Below are positions 39,660 to 58,351 of a stretch of 64,000 nucleotides of DNA, piece by piece (within the stretch, counting starts at the first letter, position 1; every line of letters starts with the position of its first letter). The notes beneath the pieces were generated by a model. The model saw nothing but the letters and a program-made list of their open reading frames with translations, did not search any database and was not told the DNA's origin. Both the position numbers and the translations under genes were made by a program. Source of the stretch: the human T2T-CHM13v2.0 reference genome, Homo sapiens. The DNA lies in the NCBI RefSeq assembly GCF_009914755.1, contig NC_060928.1. One strand, given 5' to 3'.

Positions 39660-39848
39660 GTATATGGCTTTTGAATGTGGAGGCTTCAGAATCACCTGGG
39701 AGGCTTAAGCTGTGGATCACTGGATCCTATTCCAGAGAGTCTTACTCAGTAGGTCTAGGAAGGGACCCAATCATTTATAACACTGACAAGCATCTCAGGA
39801 AATTCTGAGACAGGTGATTCATAGACCACAGTTTTGGGAAATATTGGT
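39660..39848. mobile_element. MER5-family DNA transposon
   Basis: CAGAATCACCTGGGAGGCTT...CTCAGTAGGTCTAGGAAGGGACCCAA...ACAAGCATCTCAGG...AGACCACAGTTTTGGGAAATATTG. Confidence 0.7.
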
Positions 39849-40285
39849 CTATGAATTAGTTATTCAACTAATTGTGATTTTAGATAAATCCCAAACTGCT
39901 TATCTTCAAGGCATATTTTAATATAGTCTATTAATCTAAATGAGAAGGAGAAAATCATATTCATCTAATTAGGAAGATTGAGAAATTTAAGTGAATAAGA
40001 GGACATCCATGAAAATGGTTAGGTATCCTCAGGTTTAAGAAAAATCTATATGTGTAACTGATTGTAAATTTAAATTAATGCATATTGACAAGTAATAATT
40101 TTAATGTAAATGCAGAAGGCAAATGGCTATTCAACTGAAAACTGTGGAAAATGTTATTTAAACCTTGGTCTGTAGACATGCGGATGTGAATATCAAGAAC
40201 TAGTCAATCTGAAAAGTATTTAGCAGAGTTTTGGATAAAGGACATGAAGTACAATTATTTGACCTTTTAGACTATTACTTTTAAT

Positions 40286-40506
40286 CAGTAGTTCTCAATA
40301 AGGGGCAATTTTGTGCCCCAGGGGATATTCCCAATGTCTGGAGACATTTTTGGTTATCAGGAATTGAGGAGGGATTTGTGCTCTGCTACTGATTCTAGTG
40401 AGTAGGGGCCCGGGATGACGCTAACTGGTCTAAAATTCACCGGACAGCTCCTCGCAGCAAATTGTGCAGCCCAAAACGTCAGTAGTGCCAAGGCTGAAAA
40501 ACTCTG
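40286..40506 (+). mobile_element. MER20 (hAT)
   Basis: CAGTAGTTCTCAA...CCCCAGGGGATATTCCCAATGTCTGGAGACATTTTTGGTT...CCCAAAACGTCAGTAGTGCCAAGGCTGAAAAACTCTG, ~220 bp. Confidence 0.88.
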
Positions 40507-41449
40507 CTTTACAGGTTTAATTATTGTGTGTTTAAGCAATTCCGTCTAAAACATTAGAACTCTTTACTCATAGTCTTAATACAAAAATAGTTCTTAGTTT
40601 TAAAGGCAAAATTGCAATTATTCAACAATAAAGTCTTTCTGAATGAACTAAAATGTTAGATAAATTCAATGTTCCTTTATCACAGAGTTTTAGTTTTTTT
40701 CCCTCATTAGCACGGTATTATGTTGTGATACCAGTGCCAATTTATATGACAAAATGCTGTGCCTTTTTTTTCTATCAAACCAAAAGTTATTCATAAGTAT
40801 GCTTTTATTATTATATTGGCTACATTCCTATCAAAGACACAAATATCAAATGATTTATTATGATGTGATAGCAGGAGACATAAAATATTTATGGCCCTCA
40901 ATGTTTTCTCAATCTTATAGGCAATTAAAATATAAGAACCACATGAAAACATAAAATGTATAGAGAAGATGAAACCCATCTTGCCATCTTTCTCATTTAC
41001 TTTATTTCCATTTCCTTTCCTTTTTTTAAATCTTGACTTAGAAATTTTGTTTCATTGTGAACATTTGAAAGCTTTCAAGATAATGACCTTCATTGAAACT
41101 TAGTTCTCGTTTTCAAGAGATTTTTTTCTCTTTTAGCAGGGAGCGCTTATCTGAGCTTTTTGATATGTGAATTTCATTATGGAATTGATAATTGTTTGAT
41201 TGGATTTTATAGGGTAGCCACGATTTTAAGGGGGTCGTTTAAGTCAGCTTTACTCATTATCTTTAAAAGATATTCATGCAGACAATCTAACTCAACTCTT
41301 GTGAAGAATCTCGAAAAAGCATAGAAATAGCAGTCATGTGACTTAAGCCTTGGTCTGTCACTAACAAATGGTATATTAACCTTGGATATTAAACACTCTG
41401 AGCTTCAGCTTCCGCATGCAAAGGAGAGATTGCTGTGTTTAAAATGTAA

Positions 41450-41650
41450 ACTTTAGAATGACACAGCCTGGGTTTTATTCTGGCTAAATCACTTACTAGG
41501 TGTTGACCTTGGGCGCTTTCACTGGGTAAGCCTCAGTGTCACCATCTACCAAGTGGATATAATAATGGCTCCTCCTCATTGGGTTAAATAATATAAATCT
41601 GTCGAGTGGTTAAGCTACAGTTAGCACTTAATAAAACTTATTTGTAATTA
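41450..41650 (+). mobile_element. MIR
   Basis: ACAGCCTGGGTTTTATTCTGGCT...ACTTACTAGGTGTTGACCTTGGGC...AAGCCTCAGTGTCACCATCT. Confidence 0.7.
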
Positions 41651-42499
41651 TTATTAAAACATTTTCTGATTTTAAAATCCGATCATTCATCAATGGGTTA
41701 AAACATTAAATATCTACATAAAGACATGAGATATATTCATATCCAGGTACAAATAAATTGACTCAAGCCATTTGCAGTGATTAGGTGTAGTCTCTAATAA
41801 CTGATTTGTGGAATTTTTTTGCCCTATTTTTAATCATTTGTTTTGAGAATAAAATACATCTGGAACGTATTATTATTTGCAGCCATAATATGTAGGAGGA
41901 ATTGGATGTTTCTCTTATTGCATGTTTAATCATTTACTACACCCCTTTTGTGGAGATTATCTTTATAATTCTTATGTTAACCAATGTCTATTAAATTTAT
42001 AGAGCCTAAAACTAAGGGGAAAGCATGTCATGTATGTTTAATAGTTAAAAATTTGTACATCAAAAATATGGTACAATTTTTGGAAAATAAAATACAGTTG
42101 TATTTAAAAGTCATGAGACACATTGGAACCCTTTGTGGCTGTACCCAGTTACAACGGGGAAGCGGTAGAACCCGATAAAATCTAATTGTTGAATATGCAG
42201 TTTGGGGCTGGGGGGTTAGTGTGGAGGATCTTGGAAGGAAGATCCATAAACGTGATTATGGTATTGCAGAAAAGGCATTTGAGGAAAGCTTTTAAAAATT
42301 ACTATGGAGATGGGAAGGTTGAGGGGTTATATATATGAATAAATAATTTACAGAGAATGTGACTATTCATAATATTTTTGAAACCAAAATAACAAATTGG
42401 CTTACATTACGATTGAAAAAATTATGATTAGATGCAATTTATTGTGGTAAGGCTATCACTTGCCAGTGCTAACCTCACTGTCTTAAGAGTGAGGAAGTT

Positions 42500-42801
42500 G
42501 GCCGGGCGTGGTGGCTCACGCCTGTAATCCCAGCACTTTGGGAGGCCAAGGTGGGTGGATCACGAGGTCAGGAGATCAAGACCATCCTGGCTAACAGGGT
42601 GAAACCCCGTCTCTACTAAAAATGCAAATAAATTAGATGGGCGTGGTGGCGGGTGCCTGTAGTCCCAGCTACTTGGGAGGCTGAGGTAGGAGAATGGCAT
42701 GAACCTGGGAGGTGGAGCTTTCAGTGAGCCAAGATTGAGCTACTGCACTCCAGCCTGGGCAACAGAGCCAGACTCTGTCTCAAAAAAAAAAAAAAAAAAA
42801 A
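42500..42801 (+). mobile_element. AluY
   Basis: Y diagnostics (GAGATCAAGACCATCCTGGCTAAC, GAATGGCATGAACC). Perfect 15-bp TSD AAGAGTGAGGAAGTT at 42485-42499 and 42802-42816. Confidence 0.97.
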
Positions 42802-42959
42802 AAGAGTGAGGAAGTTCACAGATAAAATTTTATCTTTGCACTCAAGAAATCTATCACCTAGTATGATGGAAACATGCACATGTAGCCCACAAACACTATC
42901 TATGATATGTATGTTAGTACATGAAAGCTTGAGATCATTCTCATTTCAATAACATCAAA

Positions 42960-43190
42960 TATCTATTGCAAACTTACTGTGTGCCCCACACTCCGTTAAC
43001 TCTTTATACAATTATCTCTTTTAATCCTCATGATCATCCTTTGAGGAAGATACTATTGTTGTCCCTATTTAACAGATGGTAAAACTAATGATCCAACCAA
43101 CTAAGAAACTTGGCCAAGACTGCAGCTCCAGTAAGGAATGGGTGTTCAGTCCGGGTTCCTGAATCTTCAAAGCTCTTAACCATTGCACAT
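42960..43190 (-). mobile_element. MIR
   Basis: ACTTACTGTGTGCC...TTAATCCTCATGATCATCCTTTGAGG...CCCTATTTAACAGATGGTAAAACT...GCTCTTAACCA. Confidence 0.75.
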
Positions 43191-43759
43191 GCAGAGAACA
43201 AGATGTTATGGATTCACCTGGTAGAATGTGATGAATTCTGATTATGAAAGATTTCATGGCCACAATATGCTTTAATGGGTGCCTTTAAATATGTGAAGAA
43301 TTTCTACAGAAATAGAAAGAAAGGAATTCCAGGATGAGAAAAAGACATGAACAAGCCTAGATTAGATATGGAAGGTATGTTGAGTCATCTTGTACAAATG
43401 GAGGGTATAAGGACAGCAGGAAGAGATGTTAGTTCAAATGTAATAGGTGATGCACTGGAAATGTAATATTCAATTATGTTATGCTACATGTACTTTGGAC
43501 TGTATCCTCTAGACCAGTGGCTGCCAAGGGTTGAAGAAAAAAAGCAAGCTTGGTAAAGGTGTAGCCTAGGTACACAAGAGGCCTCCAAGCGAGATTCACT
43601 GTTATAGGGGGTCAATGTCAATGATGGGAATGTATCAATCTCTCATTTGGATTGACTGAAACAATTCTGTCTTGTCCTCAGAGATGCCCGGCAGACAAAC
43701 TGCATCTCTGCCTGTCTTTGATTAGGAACCAACTCGTCTCTGTTCCCAAGAGTTATTTA

Positions 43760-43920
43760 GTATAATGCTTCTAAAACTTCAGTGTACACACAAATCAACC
43801 GGCTGTGTTTTTTAAATGCAGATTCTGGTTAAGTAGTTTGAGATTCTGCGTTTCTATCTAACAAGTTCCCAGTGATGCAGACGCTGCCAGTCCCGCAGAC
43901 CACATTTTGCGAAGCAAGGC
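43760..43920. mobile_element. MER5-family DNA transposon
   Basis: CTTCTAAAACTTCAGTGTACAC...AAATGCAGATTCTGG...AACAAGTTCCCAGTGATGCAGACGCTGCC...GACCACATTTTG. Confidence 0.75.
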
Positions 43921-44203
43921 TTTGGTGTACAGCAGAAAGAATTGCTTACCAAGCTCTTCTCTTAAATTATAAAGATGCTACACTCACCTTCGTCAAAACC
44001 TGCTCCTGTGCAAAACATCTGGGCTGGCTAACGTTCTGAAACAATTTCTCTGTGTTCTTTAAGGAAAGAAAACCTAGCCAAGCATCTAGGTGCTGAGATT
44101 TTTTTTAAAGATCAGATTAATTATGTAAATAGCACAACACGTACTGTATAACAGGTATTATGCAAAGAAAATTTATGATATGACTGTACTAAATAATAAT
44201 TTT

Positions 44204-44534
<331 letters not shown>

Positions 44535-46112
44535 CTATATGAGCTATTAGGAAAAATTAAGTGATAGCACTGTAGCTCCTTTCCTAAATATGCAAGGATA
44601 CTGACTGAGCTAATACTTTGATTTTAAAAAAATGTTAATGTGTTGTAACAACTAAAATGCAGAAGCAACTTCAAGTAGTTCAACTTCATCAAGGAATACA
44701 GGACTTTTATCACTATAATCCCTGGTTTTGTCAGCCAAAGTAAAAATATACTCAGCCCTGAGTTTTAGGAGAGCAAAGCACTTCTCAGGTACTAAGGTTA
44801 GACAGTATCTTCAAGAATATATTTGAACAACCAAATGAAATCACGTCATCATCAGCTGGTATACTACAGACCTTGGTTGTTTTTCAAGATGGGCATATTT
44901 TGAATTTCATATGTTATCTGAATTTTCACCTTATTATATAGGTAATACAGTGGAAAATATCATGAGGTCACCTAGAACTACACTTAATCTGGCAGAGAAT
45001 GCCCTGCAATTTTTCTTACAACTTTCAGATAAGGGGATTTGTCAACTTTCCCTGCTAACACAGTTCATTCTCTCAAAAACATTTAGAGACATAGGGCACC
45101 CCCCCAAAAAATATAAACACCTCCACTTTACTCTTAAGTCTCTGAGTTCATTTCCCTTGTTTGGCTCTCATCTGACACAGAAAACATCTGCTCACCAGCA
45201 CCCACATGATTTCCTGTAACTGATTATTGCTGCGAACCACTCATCCAGATTTTTCTTCTTCAGGTTAAGTCTCAGCTCCTCAGCCTTCCCTCAAAAACTC
45301 CGTCACCCAGGGAGTTTTTCCTTTTTTGCTTCAGTATCAGATAGACTCAAAATTACCTCTTTCTCTTTACTTTGTAGAGACCAAAATCAGTCATGGAACT
45401 CTTGAGATACGGTCAATAGCAGCACGAAAGTTGTTGCTTTGTGGAATATGCTCCCATTTCTACATTGCAGAATCCGATCAGTATTTGCTACGGTTGATGT
45501 CAGGGAGTTCAGCTACCATTTAGGACAGGCCTATCTGTGTATCATTTATGAAACTGAGAGTTGAAATGCACCTTAAAGACTATCTGCTCCAAACTTATGC
45601 TGTAAATGCTCTATGCGAAGCCCCAGAAATTTAAGCTGCTTCGTGTTTTGGTCACAAGATTTTAGAATATTGAGATGAAAACTCCTATCTCTTAACTTTG
45701 AATTGCTGGTCTCTCCACACCACCAGTACTGAATTAGTGATTCCTACTTCACTGTGACCCTGAAACAAATGCTTCTACACATCAGTAGGGTGAGGTCTGT
45801 TGTGTTTAAAATTTGTGTGTGTGTTTTCTAGCAGATTTTATTTTTATTCTATTAGGTTGTGTTTATAACTGCCTACCTCTTTAAATTTTCAGAGTACTTT
45901 GAATAACCATGACACTAAATGACAAATATAATGTCCAATTTTAAGGGGCCTTTGGCATGTATCCTGTCCAACTCTGAGAGTGAATGCCCTCTGCAGTATT
46001 CCCCGTGAAGAAATAGACATTGAGCCTCTTTTTCAAAATTAAACCCAAATCTGCCTCCACTTAGCTATAACTTGTTAATTTGATTATCAGAGGACCTCTG
46101 GTGGCTGTGTTT

Positions 46113-47110
46113 TGTTTTTTTTTTTTTTTTTTATTATACTCTAAGTTTTAGGGTACATGTGCACATTGTGCAGGTTAGTTACATATGTATACATGTGCCA
46201 TGCTGGTGCGCTGCACCCACTAATGTGTCATCTAGCATTAGGTATATCTCCCAATGCTATCCCTCCCCCCTCCCCCGACCCCACCACAGTCCCCAGAGTG
46301 TGATATTCCCCTTCCTGTGTCCATGTGATCTCATTGTTCAATTCCCACCTATGAGTGAGAATATGCGGTGTTTGGTTTTTTGTTCTTGCGATAGTTTACT
46401 GAGAATGATGGTTTCCAATTTCATCCATGTCCCTACAAAGGATATGAACTCATCATTTTTTATGGCTGCATAGTATTCCATGGTGTATATGTGCCACATT
46501 TTCTTAATCCAGTCTATCATTGTTGGACATTTGGGTTGGTTCCAAGTCTTTGCTATTGTGAATAGTGCCGCAATAAACATACGTGTGCATGTGTCTTTAT
46601 AGCAGCATGATTTATACTCATTTGGGTATATACCCAGTAATGGGATGGCTGGGTCAAATGGTATTTCTAGTTCTAGATCCCTGAGGAATCGCCACACTGA
46701 CTTCCACAATGGTTGAACTAGTTTACAGTCCCACCAACAGTGTAAAAGTGTTCCTATTTCTCCGCATCCTCTCCAGCACCTGTTGTTTCCTGACTTTTTA
46801 ATGATTGCCATTCTAACTGGTGTGAGATGATATCTCATAGTGGTTTTGATTTGCATTTCTCTGATGGCCAGTGATGATGAGCATTTCTTCATGTGTTTTT
46901 TGGCTGCATAAATGTCTTCTTTTGAGAAGTGTCTGTTCATGTCCTTCGCCCACTTTTTGATGGGGTTGTTTGTTTTTTTCTTGTAAATTTGTTTGAGTTC
47001 ATTGTAGATTCTGGATATTAGCCCTTTGTCAGATGAGTAGGTTGCGAAAATTTTCTCCCATGTTGTAGGTTGCCTGTTCACTCTGATGGTAGTTTCTTTT
47101 GCTGTGCAGA
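46113..47110 (-). mobile_element. L1HS-Ta, 5'-truncated (~1.0 kb)
   Basis: Ta diagnostics: ACA (GATGACACATTAGTGGG, + strand TGT at 46224-46226) and G in TTAGAGTATAAT (C at 46141). Uninterrupted ORF2 C-terminus (46338-47081), poly(A), and TSD GGTGGCTGTGTTT at 46100-46112 and 47111-47123. Confidence 0.97.
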
Positions 47111-47869
47111 GGTGGCTGTGTTTGTAGGCATCTACTGTGTGCTAAAAATCTGCAAGTCCTTCAGCTGAGTCATAATCCCTTTATCAGTTCATCCTTCCTC
47201 TGGACTAAATATTGTCAACTGCAGAAAGAGGCCGGGGCAGAGTCCTGACTCCCCCCATACAGGGCCGTGACTCTCCTTTCTCTTGACACTACACTCCCAT
47301 CAGGCACAACATTCTGACTATACCAAGTATGATATCAGCTCACTCCTCTGGTCTCTTCTCCACAAGAGTCCTTATTAAATTCTTTTTAGTAAGAATTTTC
47401 CCTGCCTTAATAGACACAGTTGTTATTTCTGTGTTTGATTTCAATTGCTTTGGAGATGGTGGTTCTAGGTTTCGTTTGGGGCTGAGTTTCTTGTATCTAC
47501 GCAGAGGATTATGTATATATATGCCCATTGGAATTCATTTTATTGGTTACAGTGCAAAATCTCGTCTGGTTGATATCTTTTTGGATTGTTGGTTCCTGAA
47601 TTAGTCACGTGATGAATTAATTGCCTCATTTGACTTAGTAATATTGGGAAATTTAATAAGTGTACCAATTATGTTTTCTACTAAGTTATTAAATTATCAA
47701 ACAGGAAGAAGTAAAGACACAGTCTGACAATAAGCTGTGGATTCTTCTCCATAAGCAGATGCTGAACCACCAATAAATCCTGGTTTAGAATGTCTTCATT
47801 TGGACGCTTACAAAATTCACCCTCATCATTTTGTCACCCAGCCTACATTTCCTCCATGTTGTCACCAGC

Positions 47870-49668
47870 ATTATTTATTTAGGTATTATTTTTATTGATG
47901 CATAATATTTGTACATATTTATGGGGGTACATGTAATGTTTTGTTATATGCATAGGATTTGTCATTATCAAATTAGAGTACTTAGGATATCAATCACTCG
48001 TGTATTTATCATTTTTACGTGTTGGGAGTATTTTAAGTCCTCTCTACTGACTATGTTGAAATACAAAATACTTTGTTGTTAACTATAGTTACTTACTCTG
48101 CTATTGAACATTACATCTTAGTCCCTCTTTCTGACTGTATGTTTGTGTACCCATTAACCAACCTCTCTTATCCACCTCCCCAACACACCTTTTTCCACTT
48201 CTGATATCTATCATTCAACTTTCTGCTTCCATGAGATCAATCCTTTTAGGTCCTTCATATCAGTGAGAACAGGCAATGTTTCTGTTTCTGGTTCTGGCCT
48301 ATTTCATTTAACATTATAACCTCTAATTCCATCCACGTCGCTGTAAATGACAAGATTTCCTTCTGTTTTATGGCTGAATAGTATTTTACTATGTATATAC
48401 ACAAATTTTCTTTATTCATCCGTTGATGGACACTTAGGTTGATTCCATATCTTTTCTATTGTGAATAGTTCTGCAATAAATACAGAGATCCCAGAATCCC
48501 TTCGAAATACTGATTTCCTTTGCTTTAGATAAATACCTAGCAGTGTGATTGCTGAGTCATGTGGTAGTTCTATTTTTGGATTTTTGAGAATCTCCATACG
48601 GTTTTCCATAATGGCTGTACTCATTTACATTCCCACCAACAGTGTATAACAGTTCCCTTTTCTCTGCATCCATCCTTGCCAGCATCTGTTATTTTTGTCT
48701 TTTTGATAATAGATATTCTTACTGCATTAAAATGATATCTCATTGTGGTTTTGATTTGCATTTCTCTGATGATTAATGATATCAAGCATTTTTTCATGTA
48801 CCTGTTGGTCATTTTTATATCTTCCTTTGAGAAATGTCTATTCAAGTCCCTTGCCCACTTTTTAATGAGATTATTTGTTTTGTTTTGTTTTCTTTCTGCT
48901 GTTGAGTTTTTTTGTGCAGCCTGGATATATGAATCCCTTTTTGGATGAATAGTTTGTGAATATTTTGTCCCATTCAACAGGTTGCCTCTTTACTCTGTTG
49001 ATTATTTCCTTTGCTGTGCAGAAGTCTTTTAATTTAATTAAGTTCCATTTGCCTATTTTTGGTTTTTTTTGTCTATGCTTTTGAAGTCTTAGCCGTAAAA
49101 TCTTTGCCTAGGCCGATATCCAGGAGTGTTTACCTATGCTTCCTTCTAGTAGTTTTATAGTTTTGGGTCTTATGTTTAAGTCTTTAATCCATCTTAAGTT
49201 AATTTTTGTATATGGTGAGATTTAAGTATCTATTTTCATTCTTCTGCATATGGATATCCAGTTTTCCTAGCATTATTAAACAAGGTGTCATTTCCCCATG
49301 TATGCCGACAATGAGTTGGCTAGAAGTATGTGGGTTTATCTCTGGATTCTCTATTCTGTTCCATTGGTCTATGTGTCTGTTTTTATACCAATACCATGCT
49401 GTTTTGGTTACTATAGCATTATAACAAATTTTGAAGTCAGATAGCGTGATGCCTCCAGCTTCATTCTTTTTGCTCAGGATTACTTTGGCTGTTCAGCTCT
49501 TTTTTTGTTCCATACAAATTTTAGGATTTTTTTTCTATTTCTGTGAAAAATGTCGTTTGTATTTGATGGAGATTGCATTGAGTCTCTAGATTGCTTTGGG
49601 TAGTATGGTCACTCTAACAATGCTAATTCTTCTGATCCATGAACGTGGGATGACTTTCCATTTGTTCC
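47870..49668 (-). mobile_element. L1MA (L1MA2-4-like) 3' fragment
   Basis: 3'UTR TTGTACATATTTATGGGGGTACATG...CCATTAACCAACCTCTC plus decayed ORF2 (ORFs 48412-48977 with [14 protein letters not shown]). Confidence 0.88.
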
Positions 49669-50966
49669 TGCTATTGTCAACAAGATTATTTTGCAAGGTT
49701 TTGTCAGCTCTCTTGATTTTAAAAATGGATTAGTTTATACTCTTAGTAGGTCAATGATTATTTGGGGTGAACATATGCTGATTCCTATTGCTAATGTATT
49801 CAACTTCTTAAAAATTGCTGACTATACTTGAATATCACATAGAAATTTTTAAATATGTCACACTTATGTCTATAATATGTGAAACCCTCCTTCTTCCCAC
49901 TTTTGAAATTCACGACAGTTGCCCCATTCCACCTTACCCAAGTTCTGTCTGATTACACCACAGTTCCTCAAAGATTAGTTGTAGCTGAGACAGAATCTCA
50001 TTGGCAAATTATTGTCACACTCTAAAATACAGCTAGTTTGAGACAGGAGACTTAGCTTATAATTAAATACAGTTAAATTTGCTTTTACCTACCCGTTACT
50101 TATGCTGTAACTCAGCTCTTCCTAGAGCAATCCATGTCTGCACAGGATTCATACCAGAGGGAGAGAAAAAAAATTTTGCTCAACAATGTATACCAAACTT
50201 TCATATGCCAGGCACTATTCTGATAATTGAATTTTATTTTTTTATTTTAATTAATAAGAAACCCATGAAAAAATACATCCTTACAATTTATATCCCTGAT
50301 GTAACATAGCTAAAAATCATAGTACCTCCGCAGCAAAAAAAGGATGGCCTTTTATCTGTGTTCTTCACAACTCCTACTTAAAAATATTTTCTTATTCTTA
50401 GTTTATATCAAGATTCACTAATGCATAGGCACTTGTATTAGTATTAGTATTTTTATTGTAAGAAATGTACAATGTTGGTAACTTTATTGTAAGAATTCAA
50501 TTTATAGAAGCATCCGCTTCTTTGATCTATATAAACTTTCAGAGATGAAGAACGGGAAAACTTACCAGCCTTTTATCTAATTAAAAATGAAAAGGTTTTC
50601 TGGTGTTTAGGCCATGCAGCAGATCCCGCCGTGTTTCCCTGGCATGACTCAGTGTCTTTATGATGGGATGGCCACTTTCTCCTAATGTTTCATTGCTCCC
50701 ACTTTATTAGTCAGTTTTGCCTTGATTGAGAAATAAATCCTTTCTTCCCCTGCTCAGACATTCTTAGCAAGGGAAGGAAAGCATAGTCAGAATCTTTGCT
50801 TTGAGCTGGATTCTCACTAAAAAGAAATATCTAAAAGAAATGCAGTTCATGTCAGCAGCATCCATTTCTCTGAATAGAAGTACCTTTGCTGCTGGAACCT
50901 TTTCTTGTTTGTCCAAGAGTTCCTTACTGGAATTTCGCCCTCAGGTTGATGAATGTCCTTATTGGG

Positions 50967-51556
50967 TGTATCGGTTCAAATAGAGATGAGGAACTACTGT
51001 GAATATTATGAAATGAGGATTTATAATAGGAATTAGGTCTTATATCATTGCAGAAGAAGCAGAAGGAATAAGAGTCTGAAAGGAGGAGTTGGAGGATTTG
51101 AAAAAAGTCATTAACCAGCACTCCTGAAGTGAGGCGTATCCAGCTACTGGAGTGAGTCTACAAAGGAGAGTAGTGAACAGGTCTGTGGAGGCCTTGTTTA
51201 TGTACCTGGTGATGGGCCATCTGGGGAGAGGAAGGACACGCTTGATCTACCAGCACCTTGGCATCTGTTTTCACTGCCTCTAGCCATGATGTCCTTTAGT
51301 GGGTAAAGGCTACTGCTCCATTTTCATCTTCCAAAGCTTTCTTTCTTCTTTCTTTTACTTTAAGTTATTTATTTATTTATTTATTTATTTATTTTTCCTT
51401 TTGCTACGTGGGCCAAGAATAAACCCAGACATCTTCCAAATCTTGATCAATGTTTCCTGTTAGCCAGTTCTAAACAAGAACTACATAAGGAGGGGAATTC
51501 TGGGAAACATAGTTTCATTTTCCAACCTAACCAAGCTGACACAGTCCAAAACCACC
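50967..51556. mobile_element. Old ERVL-class LTR (LTR33/LTR41-like)
   Basis: GAGGATTTATAATAGGAATTAGG... and terminal GGGAATTCTGGGAAACATAGTT...CCTAACCAAGCTGACACA, resembling ERVL LTRs. Confidence 0.5.
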
Positions 51557-51745
51557 CTGGGATGTATCTTCTAAATAAAAAGTTCTATCCTTTCTTTTCT
51601 ATCACTTCTGGTTCTTAGCATATATTTTCAATTTTATATTATAATTTTTGATTTTATTATACATTTAAATCTTCAATACTTATTTATATAATTTGGTAAA
51701 CCATGAGAGGAAGAGTTCTGCCTGTCTAACTTAAAATATATTCTT

Positions 51746-56800
<5,055 letters not shown>

Positions 56801-56909
56801 CATTTCTCATGAGGACTATATTATTTCAAACCAAGGGACAGTCATCCCAATGTGATAATTCATGATTCAGAAAATATATATACTCTCTACCCTATTGCCC
56901 CCTCACCAT

Positions 56910-57400
56910 TTTTAAGTTTATTCAACGAACACTTACTGTTGAGTGTAAAGGGAGTAACATAATGGGACCTAAGGAGTGAGAGATAAGTTATTTTAAGACA
57001 GACTTAAAATCTATCACCTGGCTTTTAGAAACGTAAAATGTGGCTGGAGAAATGACATACACTTCTGAAATGATTTAAGAAAAATACAACTAAGAGTATT
57101 CCTAACTCTTCATGACAAAGCATAAAATGAGTATGGGAATGCAGGAAGGGTGTGCCTAAGTGCTGAGTGACAAGAGCTAAGAGGATTTAGAAAAGGCTTA
57201 AGGGGAGAGTGAGTTCTGAGCTGAATAGTGAATGAAGGCACATGTGTGAAGTTGGAGCAGGGAGATGATACTTTGAATGGTAGGCGACCAGGCAGGAGAA
57301 CAAGAATAAGTAGATGCATAGATAGATGATAACATACAGATTTGTTTATCTGAGGCTACAGGAGGCATCTTAGAAAGCTTAATAAATGAAATCAGAAAGG
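56910..57400 (-). mobile_element. L2 fragment
   Basis: TTTATTCAACGAACACTTACTG...GAGTTCTGAGCTGAATAGTGAATGAAG. Confidence 0.5.
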
Positions 57401-57624
57401 GTGGAATGGTAATCCTGTGTTCAGGCCTGTGGTCGGAGCGAAGCCCTGCCTGCCCCAGAAAGCCACAGCTACTTTCAGACTGTCTCCTTGTGCTCTTCTG
57501 AGCTTGCCTCCCATTGGCTCAGGACCCAAAAGAGGCAAGCCAACTGTGACATCCCTAAAAAGTGTGGTTCAGATTTGGCCTTGAATTGACGCGTATTACC
57601 ATAATTAATATGTATGCGCATATA

Positions 57625-57881
57625 CACATTAAGTATCCCTATTCCGAAAATCCAAAATCCAAAATGCTTCAAAATCTGAAACTTTCTGAGCACCAATATA
57701 AAGCTTAAAGGAAGTGGTCACTGGAGCATTTCAAATTCCTAATTTTCAGATTTGAGATGCTTAGCTAGTGAGTATAATGCAAATATTCCAAAATCTGCCT
57801 CCCCCCAACCCCCGCCACTGAAAAATGAAATCCGACACACCTGTAGTTCCCAAGTATTTCAGATAAGGGATACTCATCCTG
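57625..57881. mobile_element. Tigger4a/MER46A (TcMar) DNA transposon
   Basis: TIRs CACATTAAGTATCCCT and AGGGATACTCATCCTG, flanked by TA. Internal AATCCAAAATGCTTCAAAATCTGAAACTTTCTGAGCACC. Confidence 0.85.
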
Positions 57882-57905
57882 TATCTTTCTCTTTTTCTGT
57901 CTTGT

Positions 57906-57909
57906 CACA

Positions 57910-57948
<39 letters not shown>

Positions 57949-57952
57949 ACAC
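57906..57952. repeat. Interrupted (CA)n microsatellite
   Basis: Direct reading of the sequence. Confidence 0.95.
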
Positions 57953-58351
57953 TTTTTGTTTCTAAGTAAAGCGGAATAGTCTCACAGTGTCTTAATGTGG
58001 GAGTGGAGCAACAATTTGCCTTAACAAGCGTGACTTAAATATCACCGCATATAAATGAAACAATGCCTGAATATAAGCTAATGCCATGAAAGATATGAAG
58101 TGACGCTGGGCTGTAAGGAAAACATTATATCTGATCTTATCACATCATTTCTGTGATTCCATACGCAAGCCAAACCATCAGAAGCATAAGGAGGAAAATG
58201 CTACACCAGTTGAATTCTCAGAAAAATCCCGTCTAAGAGAAAAAACAATCTGATAGTAATTATTAACTTTGGGACTTACAGACTTCAAACAGTTACCTAC
58301 GCAAATGTGACACTCTTTGTACCGTTATGTGGTACCAAAAAGGCATTGTCC

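Larger units (their letters stand above)
45560..50050 (-). mobile_element. Fragmented L3/CR1 remnant hosting the L1HS and L1MA insertions
   Basis: Degenerate CR1-like stretches, e.g. GACTTAGTAATATTGGGAAATTTAATAAG...CTAAGTTATTAAATTATCAAACAGGAAG and GTCACCCAGCCTACATTTCCTCCATGTTGTC, resuming after the L1MA. Confidence 0.45.

Noticed and set aside
45250-45270. Other polypyrimidine-AG|GT junctions (TTCTTCTTCAG|GTTAAG; also ~5848 and ~18767)
   Set aside because: The regenerated donors are weak and I found no convincing downstream exon-defining donor.
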